64,000 nt of DNA, taken from contig JAERRO010000001.1 of assembly GCA_016735395.1 (NCBI GenBank), positions 2,428 to 66,427 on the forward strand, in the 5' to 3' direction. The notes under the pieces were generated by a model. That model was not told where the DNA came from. It saw nothing but the letters and a program-made list of their open reading frames with translations, and did not search any database. The translations under genes were made by a program, and so were the position numbers. Of this stretch, positions 40,522 through 50,754 are shown in pieces (within the stretch, counting starts at the first letter, position 1; each line of letters starts with the position of its first letter). The stretch comes from Alphaproteobacteria bacterium. GTDB taxonomy: Bacteria; Pseudomonadota; Alphaproteobacteria; Rs-D84; JAERRO01.

Positions 40522-42105
40522 CTAGACGATTTTAACTATACATTTTAACATAATATAAAATATACCGTCATTACTTGCCAAAAAATTTGTCCTGTCTTTT
40601 TGTCCCTTCAGACTTTGATAATATAAATCTCCAGCGACGATATATTCTCTTACTTGATCTTGATCTTGTCCACGGGTCAAAATTTTATCTGCAAAGTACT
40701 TTATATCGTCAGGACCCAGATAAGTAGAGACTTTGTCTTTTAGACCTGTTATATCTCGTATTCGATACAGTCTCATAATATCGATTAAAGATACTAAAAA
40801 TGCTTCTCTATGTCTCTCCAATTTATCTTTAAAAGGCGGTGTCAAATCTAGTAGAGTTTTCTTGACTCTAAGTTTATTTTCCTCTTTCTTCCTCTCGACC
40901 TTCGGAGTTAAATCTATTTTAGCTCCTCTCATATCTAAATTAGAGTTAGCCATACTTCTGTTTTTTTCGTGTCTAGATATATATCTTGACATGTTATTTA
41001 GTAGAGGGGTTAGGGTATTGTTTAGATCTTTACCGCTCATTTTTATCTTATATATTAGTGTCTCAAATAATTTACCTTTGTCGTTTATATCGTTCGTTAG
41101 ACTAGCCAATAATTCGCTCAAACTGTTGCCCTTCTTTATAATTTTGTCTTCACTATAGTTAAGTAGTCCTTTAAGATTACTTTCTAGAGTTGAAAATTTG
41201 TCTCCCGCAGTATTAAGGCTCGTAGTCAAACCTGTTGAAGTTTCAAGGATTTTAGAACAAGAATTGTCTAGGCTCCCTATTATAAAGTTGATACTACTTT
41301 CTATAGTATTACTTTTGTTTTTTAAATCGAAAACTGTGCTTTGTAAATTTTCCTTCATATTATTACCGACCGTTACCAATATGTCTCCGCCCTCTTTAAT
41401 TTGCCTATTGTAATCTTCTAAAAACTTTGACCTATCTGTCTCCGTTTTACTTATTAAAGATACATTTTTTTCTATCGTAGTATGCATCTCCTTTAAACCG
41501 TTTATATTACTATCAAGCTGTTTTGTTTGTACCAAATAATTTTCTTGAGACTGTACTGTCCAGACTTTTATATCTCTAGTATATTCTTCTAGCCTTTTAT
41601 GATGTTGAGATAGATAATTCAGTTGATCTTTAGAAATCTCGGCTAAATGTTTCATATTATCGTTAGAACTTTCGAATGATTTTAATATGTCTTGTACAGT
41701 CGAAGAAGTCAAAAGACGGTTATGACGATCTATTTTCTTATAGACTGTCCCTGTTTGACTACTAATAGACTTCTCGATTTGATTTATTCTCTCTATAACT
41801 TTGTTTGCATAATTATTTAGATTTCCTATTATCTGTTTTTCTATGTTCGTGTTTTGTTCTCCTATAGATAACAGATCCCAGCCAGATACTACTCGAAGGA
41901 GCTTATATGTTTTACCAAAATATCTGTCCCACATACGAGTCAACATCAAAATGACTATTAACATTATCCCCACAACCTCAAATATAGTAAAAATACCAGC
42001 AGTGTAGTATGTCGACAATTTGAAAAGTATAATTATACCTATAATAATACAAAATCCTATGCCGATCACAAATGGACGAACATAGTTCTGATAATAATTA
42101 GACAT
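40522..42105 (-). CDS. Hypothetical membrane-anchored coiled-coil protein
   Basis: Two N-terminal TM helices (FVIGIGFCIIIGIIILF; IFTIFEVVGIMLIVILML) followed by ~350 aa of predicted coiled coil; no motif recognised. Confidence 0.45.
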   Translation of the reverse strand: MSNYYQNYVRPFVIGIGFCIIIGIIILFKLSTYYTAGIFTIFEVVGIMLIVILMLTRMWDRYFGKTYKLLRVVSGWDLLSIGEQNTNIEKQIIGNLNNYANKVIERINQIEKSISSQTGTVYKKIDRHNRLLTSSTVQDILKSFESSNDNMKHLAEISKDQLNYLSQHHKRLEEYTRDIKVWTVQSQENYLVQTKQLDSNINGLKEMHTTIEKNVSLISKTETDRSKFLEDYNRQIKEGGDILVTVGNNMKENLQSTVFDLKNKSNTIESSINFIIGSLDNSCSKILETSTGLTTSLNTAGDKFSTLESNLKGLLNYSEDKIIKKGNSLSELLASLTNDINDKGKLFETLIYKIKMSGKDLNNTLTPLLNNMSRYISRHEKNRSMANSNLDMRGAKIDLTPKVERKKEENKLRVKKTLLDLTPPFKDKLERHREAFLVSLIDIMRLYRIRDITGLKDKVSTYLGPDDIKYFADKILTRGQDQDQVREYIVAGDLYYQSLKGQKDRTNFLASNDGIFYIMLKCIVKIV

Positions 42106-42138
42106 ATTTTTCTCCTGTATAATATAGTATAACAGATT

Positions 42139-45100
42139 TTGCTAAAAAGCCAAAAGACCTATTGTAAAAACTTATTTTTAAATTATTATCATAATAATAT
42201 GACTAACAATAATTTGACCGGATCACAAAACTTTCAATGGGTACAAGCTAATGCCGGGACGGGGAAGACCTATTTTCTAGTTCACGAATTTGTAGCTTTG
42301 CTTTTAAAGGGAGCTAGTCCTCTGTCTATTTTGTGTTTGACATTTTCTAATAATGCATCTTTCGAGATACAGAACAGAATAAATGAACTATTTCAAGAAC
42401 TTATCAGGGCAAATACGACAGAGTTAACTGAAAAATGTCGGAGAGATTTTCCCTTTTTATTAGACGGTTCTATCTGTAAAATTTCTAATTTGGAAAGTTA
42501 TATCGATTCTATATATTTCAATTTTTTGATCAACTCAGATAAAACTATGATAATGACTTTTCACACTTTTTGTTCTACCATATTGTCGAGTTTTTCTTTT
42601 GAGTTAAAACGATTTTTTATGTATGGACAACATACGAATGAAAATAATATAGACGAGTTGATCTCTTCTATTCCTATAAAACTAGAGACACTTTTAAGAT
42701 CTTATAGAGCTCAAGAGAAAGTAGATAACCTCTTCAAGTTTAAAGATAATACTATAAAGATAGATGAAATAGATAAAGCATTGAATATAATTTTTGAAGA
42801 AGGGTCAGATGTATTTGAAAAGAAAGTTTTAAGAGGGATAAACTCTGTATTGAATATCTCCGCGATGAGAAATATCTACTCAAACTTTGAATCTTGGGAC
42901 GACATTTTACGACAGTTTGAGATTTTATACTCAGTAAAATTTGAAGATAAAATAATCTTATTTAACGATGATAACGAAGAGAAAAAAATACTAGAAATAT
43001 TAAAAAATATAAAAATATTATACGAACAAAATCTCTCTATAGTATTGTCTGGCGATACAAAAAGTTATAATCTCATTAACTCTATTTTAGATAATCCCAG
43101 AGATATGTCTTTATATGAGAAACTATTTTTGACCGGTGCAGGAACCGTTAGAGCAAAACAATTAAACAAAGGCTTTTCGAATATCGTACCGCAAGATCAA
43201 CTAGATGGTCTAGAAGATTTAAAGGATAAATATATAAATTTTCATACGGTGAAAAATAATCAAAAAAATATGATAGTTTCCAGTTCTATACTTCTTTTGA
43301 AGTTAACTATACTAGAACTATTTCAAATTGAAAAGGAGAGTCTCGGGTGGAACACTTATAACGATATTATTTTTTCTATGCTCGATATTAGTCAAGAACC
43401 CGATATGATAGGCTTTTTGATGGAACAGTTTGATGTAAAAATTAGTCATATGTTAATAGACGAGTCTCAAGATACTTCTAAAGAACAGTGGAACATATTT
43501 AAAGAACTAATAGAAACTCTTATCACGGACGATAAAAAGTCTTTAAAAATAGTCGGGGATCCTAAACAAAGCATCTACAGTTTTCAAGGGGCAGATTCAA
43601 AATCTTTCTCCGATACAAAGACATATCTAAACGATTTTTTCGATACCCATAAGTTAAAGTTGGATCAAAAAGTATTAGATACATCTTTCAGAAGTTCGCC
43701 CGTTATAACCGACTTTACTACACACTATACAGAAAAATTTATTCCAGATTATAAAGGTATTCATAAAACTACTAGATACGACCTTGACGGAGAAATTAAA
43801 ATTCATCCTGTCAAAGAAAAAGACAAATTTATAGAATATACTGTAGAACAGATAAAAGATACTATTAAAAGTAAAAAGCTAGAACCGTCGGATGTCCTCA
43901 TTTTATATAGAAAAAATATGGGTCTAGAAGTTTCTACGATATTTAAGGGACTCGCAGAAGAGTATCCTATTGTAGGATTTAAAACTGGAGCAATCCAAAA
44001 ATCGCCGATAGTTCAAGAACTTCTAGCTTTAATTCAGATAGCACGATATCAATACGACGATTTTGCACTGGCATATTTTTTGACATCTGTCTGGAATAAG
44101 CTGACATTAGTAGATCTAGAAACCATAACTCAAGAGGACGGTAAATCATTATTCGTAAAATTAAAAAGATATAATGAAAAATATAAAAACATAAATTATA
44201 TATTCGACAATATAAAGACGATTTCTGAAACATTAAATACAGCAAATTCTATATTAGATTTTTTCGTTAAACTAAATTGTAAAATCGATATAAAGGAACA
44301 GCTAATTTTAAAATACGGAGTCGTTGCAGATAACTTATACTCGTCGTTTTTAAATTATGTTATAGAATGGGACAAAACGAAATCTCTAGACTTTGCAGGG
44401 TTCTACGAGTGGATTACTAATACTGACAACAAATTTGGAGAAGATGTCAAAGGTAATAATGCTATCAAAATAATGACGATACACGGTGCTAAAGGACTAG
44501 AAGCTAAAGCCGTCTTTTTAATAGACTCTACTTTTAAAATTAAAGACGAAGATATATTATTTGATGATAAAACTAAAATTATGTTTCCAACTAAATATAA
44601 GCCAGAGACCTTTTGCGATTTATCATCGAAGATAGAGGACGAAGAAAATAGACTTTTATATGTCGCTATGACCAGAGCCAAGTCTATATTTCACGTTTTC
44701 GCAATGAGCAATTTTAAACTTAAAGAAGACTGTTGGTATAATAAACTTATAGACACGATAGAAAAATTAGATCCTATGAGATATGATGACGGAAGTTTTT
44801 CCATTAAATATCAAGGGACTAAGGTAGATAACTTAAAGTGTAATCTACCTAATACAGACGGTCATATATATAAGATAAGTTCAAAATCGACCTATCATAG
44901 TAGAGAGAAAGGACAAGAAGTAGTTTCACGGGATCCTAGTTATGAAGAGAAAAGGGGTACTTTCTTTCACAATTTGATTCCAGTTCTCGTATCTGTAGAT
45001 CGTAGTCGGATCGAAGAAATGATCGATGCAAAGTTAAAAAAGAATTTTATATTTCAGGAGGATAAATTACTGTTTTTAAGATGGACCGATCTACTATATA

Positions 45101-45378
45101 AAAATGATACGGCCTATAAGATAATTTCTAACAAGAAAGCTATATTCGAAGCCGAGATTATAACGGAAAATAATCAAATCCGGAGGATAGACTTTCTATT
45201 GATAGTAGATAATATTATCTATTTAATCGACTTCAAGACGGACACAAAAAAGTCTAATAGATATTATAAACAATTATCGTCTTACCATAAAACTGTCAAA
45301 AGTAGTCGTCCTGATACAGATATAAAAACTTTTATATACTGGGTCAATTTTGGAGAACTAGACGAATTAGACCTCTGA
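42139..45378 (+). CDS. addA: UvrD-family helicase with C-terminal PD-(D/E)xK nuclease (AddA-like). The probable start is 42199 (MTNNNL...).
   Basis: Walker A ANAGTGKT; helicase motif V/VI region IMTIHGAKGLEAKAVFLID; C-terminal nuclease motif RIDFLLIVDNIIYLIDFKTD. Confidence 0.65.
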   Translation: MLKSQKTYCKNLFLNYYHNNMTNNNLTGSQNFQWVQANAGTGKTYFLVHEFVALLLKGASPLSILCLTFSNNASFEIQNRINELFQELIRANTTELTEKCRRDFPFLLDGSICKISNLESYIDSIYFNFLINSDKTMIMTFHTFCSTILSSFSFELKRFFMYGQHTNENNIDELISSIPIKLETLLRSYRAQEKVDNLFKFKDNTIKIDEIDKALNIIFEEGSDVFEKKVLRGINSVLNISAMRNIYSNFESWDDILRQFEILYSVKFEDKIILFNDDNEEKKILEILKNIKILYEQNLSIVLSGDTKSYNLINSILDNPRDMSLYEKLFLTGAGTVRAKQLNKGFSNIVPQDQLDGLEDLKDKYINFHTVKNNQKNMIVSSSILLLKLTILELFQIEKESLGWNTYNDIIFSMLDISQEPDMIGFLMEQFDVKISHMLIDESQDTSKEQWNIFKELIETLITDDKKSLKIVGDPKQSIYSFQGADSKSFSDTKTYLNDFFDTHKLKLDQKVLDTSFRSSPVITDFTTHYTEKFIPDYKGIHKTTRYDLDGEIKIHPVKEKDKFIEYTVEQIKDTIKSKKLEPSDVLILYRKNMGLEVSTIFKGLAEEYPIVGFKTGAIQKSPIVQELLALIQIARYQYDDFALAYFLTSVWNKLTLVDLETITQEDGKSLFVKLKRYNEKYKNINYIFDNIKTISETLNTANSILDFFVKLNCKIDIKEQLILKYGVVADNLYSSFLNYVIEWDKTKSLDFAGFYEWITNTDNKFGEDVKGNNAIKIMTIHGAKGLEAKAVFLIDSTFKIKDEDILFDDKTKIMFPTKYKPETFCDLSSKIEDEENRLLYVAMTRAKSIFHVFAMSNFKLKEDCWYNKLIDTIEKLDPMRYDDGSFSIKYQGTKVDNLKCNLPNTDGHIYKISSKSTYHSREKGQEVVSRDPSYEEKRGTFFHNLIPVLVSVDRSRIEEMIDAKLKKNFIFQEDKLLFLRWTDLLYKNDTAYKIISNKKAIFEAEIITENNQIRRIDFLLIVDNIIYLIDFKTDTKKSNRYYKQLSSYHKTVKSSRPDTDIKTFIYWVNFGELDELDL

Positions 45379-45448
45379 GTACTTTACCTTTGACTTTTAT
45401 CTCTTTTATTTTTAATATATAAATAATAAAATTTATTGAGGATCTTCG

Positions 45449-47140
45449 ATGTTATTATCGCTACATGTAGAAAATATTTTGCTAGCCAAAAAATTGGATA
45501 TTTCTTTCGATGACAAGATGACCGTCTTCACGGGAGAGACAGGATCCGGAAAGTCTATTTTTATAAACTCGTTGTTAATTTCTCTAGGTGAAAAAGTGTC
45601 TGAATCTTTAATAAGGAAGGGATCTAATTCAGCTTCAATTACTTCTATTTTTGAGTTGTACACTGATCATCCAGTATGGAAAATCTTGGACGAAGCAGGG
45701 ATAACTTACGAAGATAATAAGCTTATATTAAAGAGGATCTTAAAATTTGATCAAAATCAAAATTTTAAACATCTAATTTTTATTAACAATCAACCTTCTA
45801 CCATAAAAATAGCGAAGTCTATATCGCCTCTAATCTTAGACATCCATCAACAACTCAATCAACAGTTTCTACTCGATTCTAAAAATCACCTTGATATTCT
45901 AGACGAATTTGCTATCAAAAATTTAGACGACATAGATCTGTCAACTGCAAAAGTAAAATTTAGGACAACATATAACGAATTTATCGCCGTAAAAAAAATA
46001 GAGGAAGAATTTTTAGAACAGGTTAGACGAGATGCCGAGGATAAAGATTTTATCCTAGATAGCCTAGAAAAAATTAAAACCGTGAACCCACTCAAAGGCG
46101 AAGTAGAAGAATTAGCTGTCAAAAGAAAAGAACTTATGATCGCTAAAAGACAAATAGAAAAGATCGCAGAAATTAGTTCTGTTTTTAAAGAGTCAGATCC
46201 AGTAGACAAAATAAATCGTGCACGAAAACTTCTAGCAATGATAGATCCAGTAGAAAAAGAACTGCTAGAAAAGATAAAATCTTTCGACGATGCCGTCGAA
46301 ACTATATTCGTAATGCGAGACATTATAGAAGATAAATTATTTTTAGCCGGAGCTTCGGATAAAGAACTTGATACCATAGAAGAAAGGCTTTTTCTATTGA
46401 AGGCAGAATCTAGACGACACAATATTATAGCCGAAGATTTACATCTGCTATACGGAGAGCTTCAGGAGAAGGAATCTAAATTTGATAACTATGAAACTAT
46501 GATCGTAGAGCATAGATCTAACACGGAGAAAGCCGAAAATTTGATGAAGGTACAATCAAAAAATTTGTCCGAAATGCGGGTATATGCTTCGAAACTTTTG
46601 CAAAAATCTATACAAAGAGAACTCGCCGATGTCCGCCTGGAGAAGGCTAATTTTATAGTGCATCACGAAGATAAACTTATAACCTCGAATGGAGGCGATC
46701 ATATCATTTTTAGGGCTTCTACTAATCCCGGAATGCCGGTAGGAGATCTGAATCTTATCGCCAGTGGAGGAGAGTTAGCAAGATTTATTTTAGCTATGAA
46801 AGTTATTCTCGTGAGTATTAGTCCTGTATCTTTAATGGTCTTCGATGAAATAGATCAAGGTATCTCGGGGGCAGTAGCGAATGCTATTGGAAAAAGACTC
46901 AAGTTGTTAGCCGATACGAAACAAGTATTTGCCATTACTCATTCTCCGTTAGTCGCTAGATGGGGGGATAACCATTTCCAGGTGCATAAAACTCAAGAGG
47001 TAGATATTACTACATTGACGGTCTCTAAATTGTCTATCACGGACAGAGTAGGGGCTATAGCAAAACTTATTTCAGATGATAATGTAACTGAAGAGGCCAC
47101 TGAAACTGCAAAAAAATTATTGCAGATCGATGAACTTTAA
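45449..47140 (+). CDS. recN: DNA repair protein RecN
   Basis: N-terminal Walker A FTGETGSGKS, long coiled coil, C-terminal signature/Walker B (LMVFDEIDQGISG); 563 aa. Confidence 0.9.
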   Translation: MLLSLHVENILLAKKLDISFDDKMTVFTGETGSGKSIFINSLLISLGEKVSESLIRKGSNSASITSIFELYTDHPVWKILDEAGITYEDNKLILKRILKFDQNQNFKHLIFINNQPSTIKIAKSISPLILDIHQQLNQQFLLDSKNHLDILDEFAIKNLDDIDLSTAKVKFRTTYNEFIAVKKIEEEFLEQVRRDAEDKDFILDSLEKIKTVNPLKGEVEELAVKRKELMIAKRQIEKIAEISSVFKESDPVDKINRARKLLAMIDPVEKELLEKIKSFDDAVETIFVMRDIIEDKLFLAGASDKELDTIEERLFLLKAESRRHNIIAEDLHLLYGELQEKESKFDNYETMIVEHRSNTEKAENLMKVQSKNLSEMRVYASKLLQKSIQRELADVRLEKANFIVHHEDKLITSNGGDHIIFRASTNPGMPVGDLNLIASGGELARFILAMKVILVSISPVSLMVFDEIDQGISGAVANAIGKRLKLLADTKQVFAITHSPLVARWGDNHFQVHKTQEVDITTLTVSKLSITDRVGAIAKLISDDNVTEEATETAKKLLQIDEL

Positions 47141-48045
47141 TCCTTTACTATTGCATAAACTTTTTTTAACCACCGCGGATAATATGAAAACTTATATAAC
47201 AATTTGTAAACTTTATACCATCTAGGGTTTCTCATATATCTACCTAAAAAATCTTTAAATCGTTGAAGTTTAATACTATTTTTATCTTCGTATATCCACC
47301 AAGATTTTGGGTAGCCGTGAAAGACTACTATTATACTGCTAGAAATTTCTCTCGGAGGAAGTAGGAGGTTAAACGGAAAACGAGGTTTACAATGACTTTT
47401 AAAACTTACGATTTTATCAAAATCTAACCACCGTAGGTCTCCTTTTTCAAAAATACTATCTATCACATATTCTTGTTCTGCGGTGGTATATTTTTTTAGA
47501 ATGCTTTCATAATTTTCTTCAAATTTTTCTAAAATACTATGATATTTTCCTATAGGCATCAAATATGTACTTGTATTTCCTACATCTCCTAATCTCGGTT
47601 TCTTATTAGAATCTTTATTTATATCTCCTCTGACGAAGTCTTTACGGACATAAAATTTATCTCTATCTGTTCCTTCTAATAGGTCTTTGATATCACCAGT
47701 AATGACTACATCTATGTCTAGAAATAGAAGTCTACCTTTTAATCCGTATAAGTCTTTAGAGAACATCAACAGTTTTTTCCACGGTCCTCTATTTACAGAC
47801 AACTTGTCTAGTATTTTATGAGGTTTTAACGGCAACGGCATTATCCCTTTGTCTAGACCTTCTGCATCTTCCGTTATACAATAAAATTTATACTTTATAG
47901 AGGTATGATGGACAATGCCCCTGTATAGTTTATTTACATCCTCTGACGAAAATAGTTTACCCCACTTCATACATACTATTTTTAGTTCATCAGATTTTTG
48001 GGTTGTTTTAAATTTGTTCATTTTACTACTCCATTTAAATTTCAT
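47137..48045 (-). CDS. Hypothetical protein; possible GT8-like DxD nucleotide-sugar glycosyltransferase
   Basis: Segment RLLFLDIDVVITGDIKDLLEGTDRDKFYVRKDF resembles the GT8 DxD region (yLDaDiiv.gdi.eLw..d...k..aav.D). Weak call. Confidence 0.3.
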   Translation of the reverse strand: MKFKWSSKMNKFKTTQKSDELKIVCMKWGKLFSSEDVNKLYRGIVHHTSIKYKFYCITEDAEGLDKGIMPLPLKPHKILDKLSVNRGPWKKLLMFSKDLYGLKGRLLFLDIDVVITGDIKDLLEGTDRDKFYVRKDFVRGDINKDSNKKPRLGDVGNTSTYLMPIGKYHSILEKFEENYESILKKYTTAEQEYVIDSIFEKGDLRWLDFDKIVSFKSHCKPRFPFNLLLPPREISSSIIVVFHGYPKSWWIYEDKNSIKLQRFKDFLGRYMRNPRWYKVYKLLYKFSYYPRWLKKVYAIVKD

Positions 48046-48164
48046 ACACCTCTAAATAATACCAATTTTATAGAACTTTTCAATAGTTTTCAATTATATT
48101 TTTACCCTTGAAATCGACAACGACTTGACATAGTATATAAACTAGATATAAAAAAAGGTTCTCT

Positions 48165-49610
48165 ATGTTCGACGGTATTACAAGAAAAATAACCGGTGTC
48201 TTTGACAAAATTAGCGGTGGACGGAGACTTTCAGAGTCTGTCCTACAAACGGTTTTGAGAGAACTTAAAGTTGCTCTGCTAGAATCGGATGTCCCTGTAG
48301 GTAGTGTAGACAATATTATAGCGGTAATAGGAGAGAAATTTATAGGTGAAAAAGTTACTAGATCTGTATCTGCGAAAGAAGAGATCATTAAGATAACACA
48401 CGATACATTGTTAAATATCTTAACCGATAAGGATGACAAAGATCCATTTGGAAAGGCACCTAGTATATCTATGCTTATAGGGTTGCAGGGAACTGGAAAA
48501 ACTACTACTACCGTCAAATTAGCAAATTTGCTTAATAAAAAAGGCTCGAAAGTTTTAGTCGTTAGTACCGACATTTATAGACCTCAAGCGAAAGAACAGT
48601 TATCTATTATGTCCGATAAAAATAATGTAGATTCTGTTCGACCTATTAAAGACGAGGCTATTAACAAAACTTTAGAGAGAGCACTGGCAAAGTTTAAAGA
48701 AGAAAAGTTCGATCATCTATTGATAGATACCGCTGGACGATTGTCTCTAGATCCGAAGATGATGCAAGAGTTAAAAGACATCTATGAAACGATAAAACCC
48801 AATAATGTCATTCTAACTTTAAATGCTATGAGTGGTAAAAAGACTATTCAAGATGCACTAACTTTTCACGACAATACGACTATCACACATGCCATATTGT
48901 CTAGTGTCGATGCCGACTCAAACGGTGGTATAGCACTGGCTTTAAGACATATAGTCCGGGTTCCGCTTATATATGTGGGAACAGGCGAAGATATCGAAGA
49001 TATAGACAAATTTCACCCAGAAAGGTTCGTAAAACAGATTTTAGGACACGGAGATGTCGTATCTTTAGTAGAAAAAATTCAAGATAAAGTAGATATCGAG
49101 GATACAGAATCTTTTATCAAAAAAATGACCTCCGGAGGAGAATTTTCGTTAGACGATATGCTTTCACAGATTAGACAAATTAAGAAAATGGGATCTATCA
49201 CTAAAATTGCTAGCTTTATCCCTGGGCTTTCTAAATTTACTAAACAACTAGAAGGCTCGGGAGATGCAATTTCTAAACAGGAAAATCTAATCTTATCTAT
49301 GACAAAAAATGAACGACGAAACCCGCAAATTATCTTCATCTCTAGAAAAGAGAGAATCGCGAAGGGGGCTGGTAGATCTGTCAGTGATGTCGAACAACTA
49401 CTTAAAGCTCATAAGAATATGGCTAATATGTTTAAAAATATGCCGGCCAATAACGGAGATCCGTCCGATATGCTAAAAGGACTACAAGGACAAATGCCAC
49501 AGGGTATCGATATGTCGAAGATGGAGTCTATGGTCGCAGATATGCAACAGAATCCTTCAAAGTTCAACGACTTAATGTCTAAATTTTCAAGCGGTAAGAA
49601 GGACTCATAA
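48165..49610 (+). CDS. ffh: Signal recognition particle protein Ffh
   Basis: N, G and M domains: GLQGTGKTTT, DTAGR, Met-rich C-terminal M domain; 481 aa. Confidence 0.95.
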   Translation: MFDGITRKITGVFDKISGGRRLSESVLQTVLRELKVALLESDVPVGSVDNIIAVIGEKFIGEKVTRSVSAKEEIIKITHDTLLNILTDKDDKDPFGKAPSISMLIGLQGTGKTTTTVKLANLLNKKGSKVLVVSTDIYRPQAKEQLSIMSDKNNVDSVRPIKDEAINKTLERALAKFKEEKFDHLLIDTAGRLSLDPKMMQELKDIYETIKPNNVILTLNAMSGKKTIQDALTFHDNTTITHAILSSVDADSNGGIALALRHIVRVPLIYVGTGEDIEDIDKFHPERFVKQILGHGDVVSLVEKIQDKVDIEDTESFIKKMTSGGEFSLDDMLSQIRQIKKMGSITKIASFIPGLSKFTKQLEGSGDAISKQENLILSMTKNERRNPQIIFISRKERIAKGAGRSVSDVEQLLKAHKNMANMFKNMPANNGDPSDMLKGLQGQMPQGIDMSKMESMVADMQQNPSKFNDLMSKFSSGKKDS

Positions 49611-49614
49611 TACT

Positions 49615-50262
49615 ATGATACAGAGATTGAATTCTAATAAGATTAAAAAATCGAATTCTTCTTCGCAGTGGATGAGACGACATCTTAACGATCATTTTGT
49701 TAAAAAGGCTAATAAACTAAACTACAGATCTAGAGCCGTCTTCAAATTAGAAGAAATTCAAGATAAATTTCACATATTAAAAGACAATCAGACTATTATA
49801 GATCTAGGGGTGTCGCCTGGAGGGTGGTCGCAGTGGATACTGCAAAATCAACAGAACTCGTCCGTTTTGGCGGTAGATCTAATAGACTGTGAGCCTTTCA
49901 GCAATCGTGTAAAGTTTTACAAAGGTGACTTTACAGACAAAAAAACTCAAGAGTGGTTAGTCGATAAGTCTGGGGGAAAAGTAAACATCATTTTATCAGA
50001 CATAGCACCTAATACCACGGGAAATCATAAAGTAGATGCCTTAAAGATGTCTGTGATTTTAGAAGATATCATATCTTTTTCAGACGACTTTTTACTTCCC
50101 GGTGGACACCTAGTTATGAAGTCTTTTATGTCTAACTTCGATGCTCAACTATCTAAATTGTTGAAGGAAAAGTTTAAAATGGTTAAACACTTTAAACCTA
50201 AATCTAGTCGGAAAGAATCACCAGAGATATATATAATTGCTATTAGTAAGAAAAAGTCTTAA
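49615..50262 (+). CDS. rlmE: 23S rRNA (uridine-2'-O)-methyltransferase RlmE/FtsJ
   Basis: SSSQWMRRHLNDHFVKKANK..YRSRAVFKLEEI...DLGVSPGGWSQ is collinear with E. coli RlmE. Confidence 0.85.
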   Translation: MIQRLNSNKIKKSNSSSQWMRRHLNDHFVKKANKLNYRSRAVFKLEEIQDKFHILKDNQTIIDLGVSPGGWSQWILQNQQNSSVLAVDLIDCEPFSNRVKFYKGDFTDKKTQEWLVDKSGGKVNIILSDIAPNTTGNHKVDALKMSVILEDIISFSDDFLLPGGHLVMKSFMSNFDAQLSKLLKEKFKMVKHFKPKSSRKESPEIYIIAISKKKS

Positions 50263-50331
50263 TCGGTATTTTTTACTTGATTTTTTTATTTTTTTGTGCT
50301 ATACTAAAAATAGTAGCGAAAGGGTCATATC

Positions 50332-50655
50332 ATGAATTATAAGTCTTATCTATTTATCTTTTTAATTGTAATATTTGTGTCTCCTATCACATATGCTTAT
50401 AAAAGTGTTTCTACTAGAACTCTCGGAAAAATAGAATCCGAAAATCAAAACATAACTGTCAATTGTACTACTAATACTGGGACACTTTCAAATCAGTTGT
50501 GCTATTTGCGACGATATGCAAAGTGTAATAAAAAGTCAAACGGAAAATACAACTGTAACGGTTGGAACGAATGGACTATCGTAGGAGAAATAAATAGCTT
50601 CGACACTTGGCAACAAGGGGCTAGATATTGCTGTGGAATACTAGGTCTCCAATAA
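50332..50655 (+). CDS. Small secreted Cys-rich protein
   Basis: 107 aa; signal peptide MNYKSYLFIFLIVIFVSPITYA; 8 Cys in the mature part. Confidence 0.4.
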   Translation: MNYKSYLFIFLIVIFVSPITYAYKSVSTRTLGKIESENQNITVNCTTNTGTLSNQLCYLRRYAKCNKKSNGKYNCNGWNEWTIVGEINSFDTWQQGARYCCGILGLQ

Positions 50656-50754
50656 AGTACTTTGCCGTAGATACGATCCAGTCCGTATAACGGATTACTC
50701 TTCAAAATTTCAAGTTTCATAGGTCAATCTATACCTAGTTGAACGATTGTTTAT

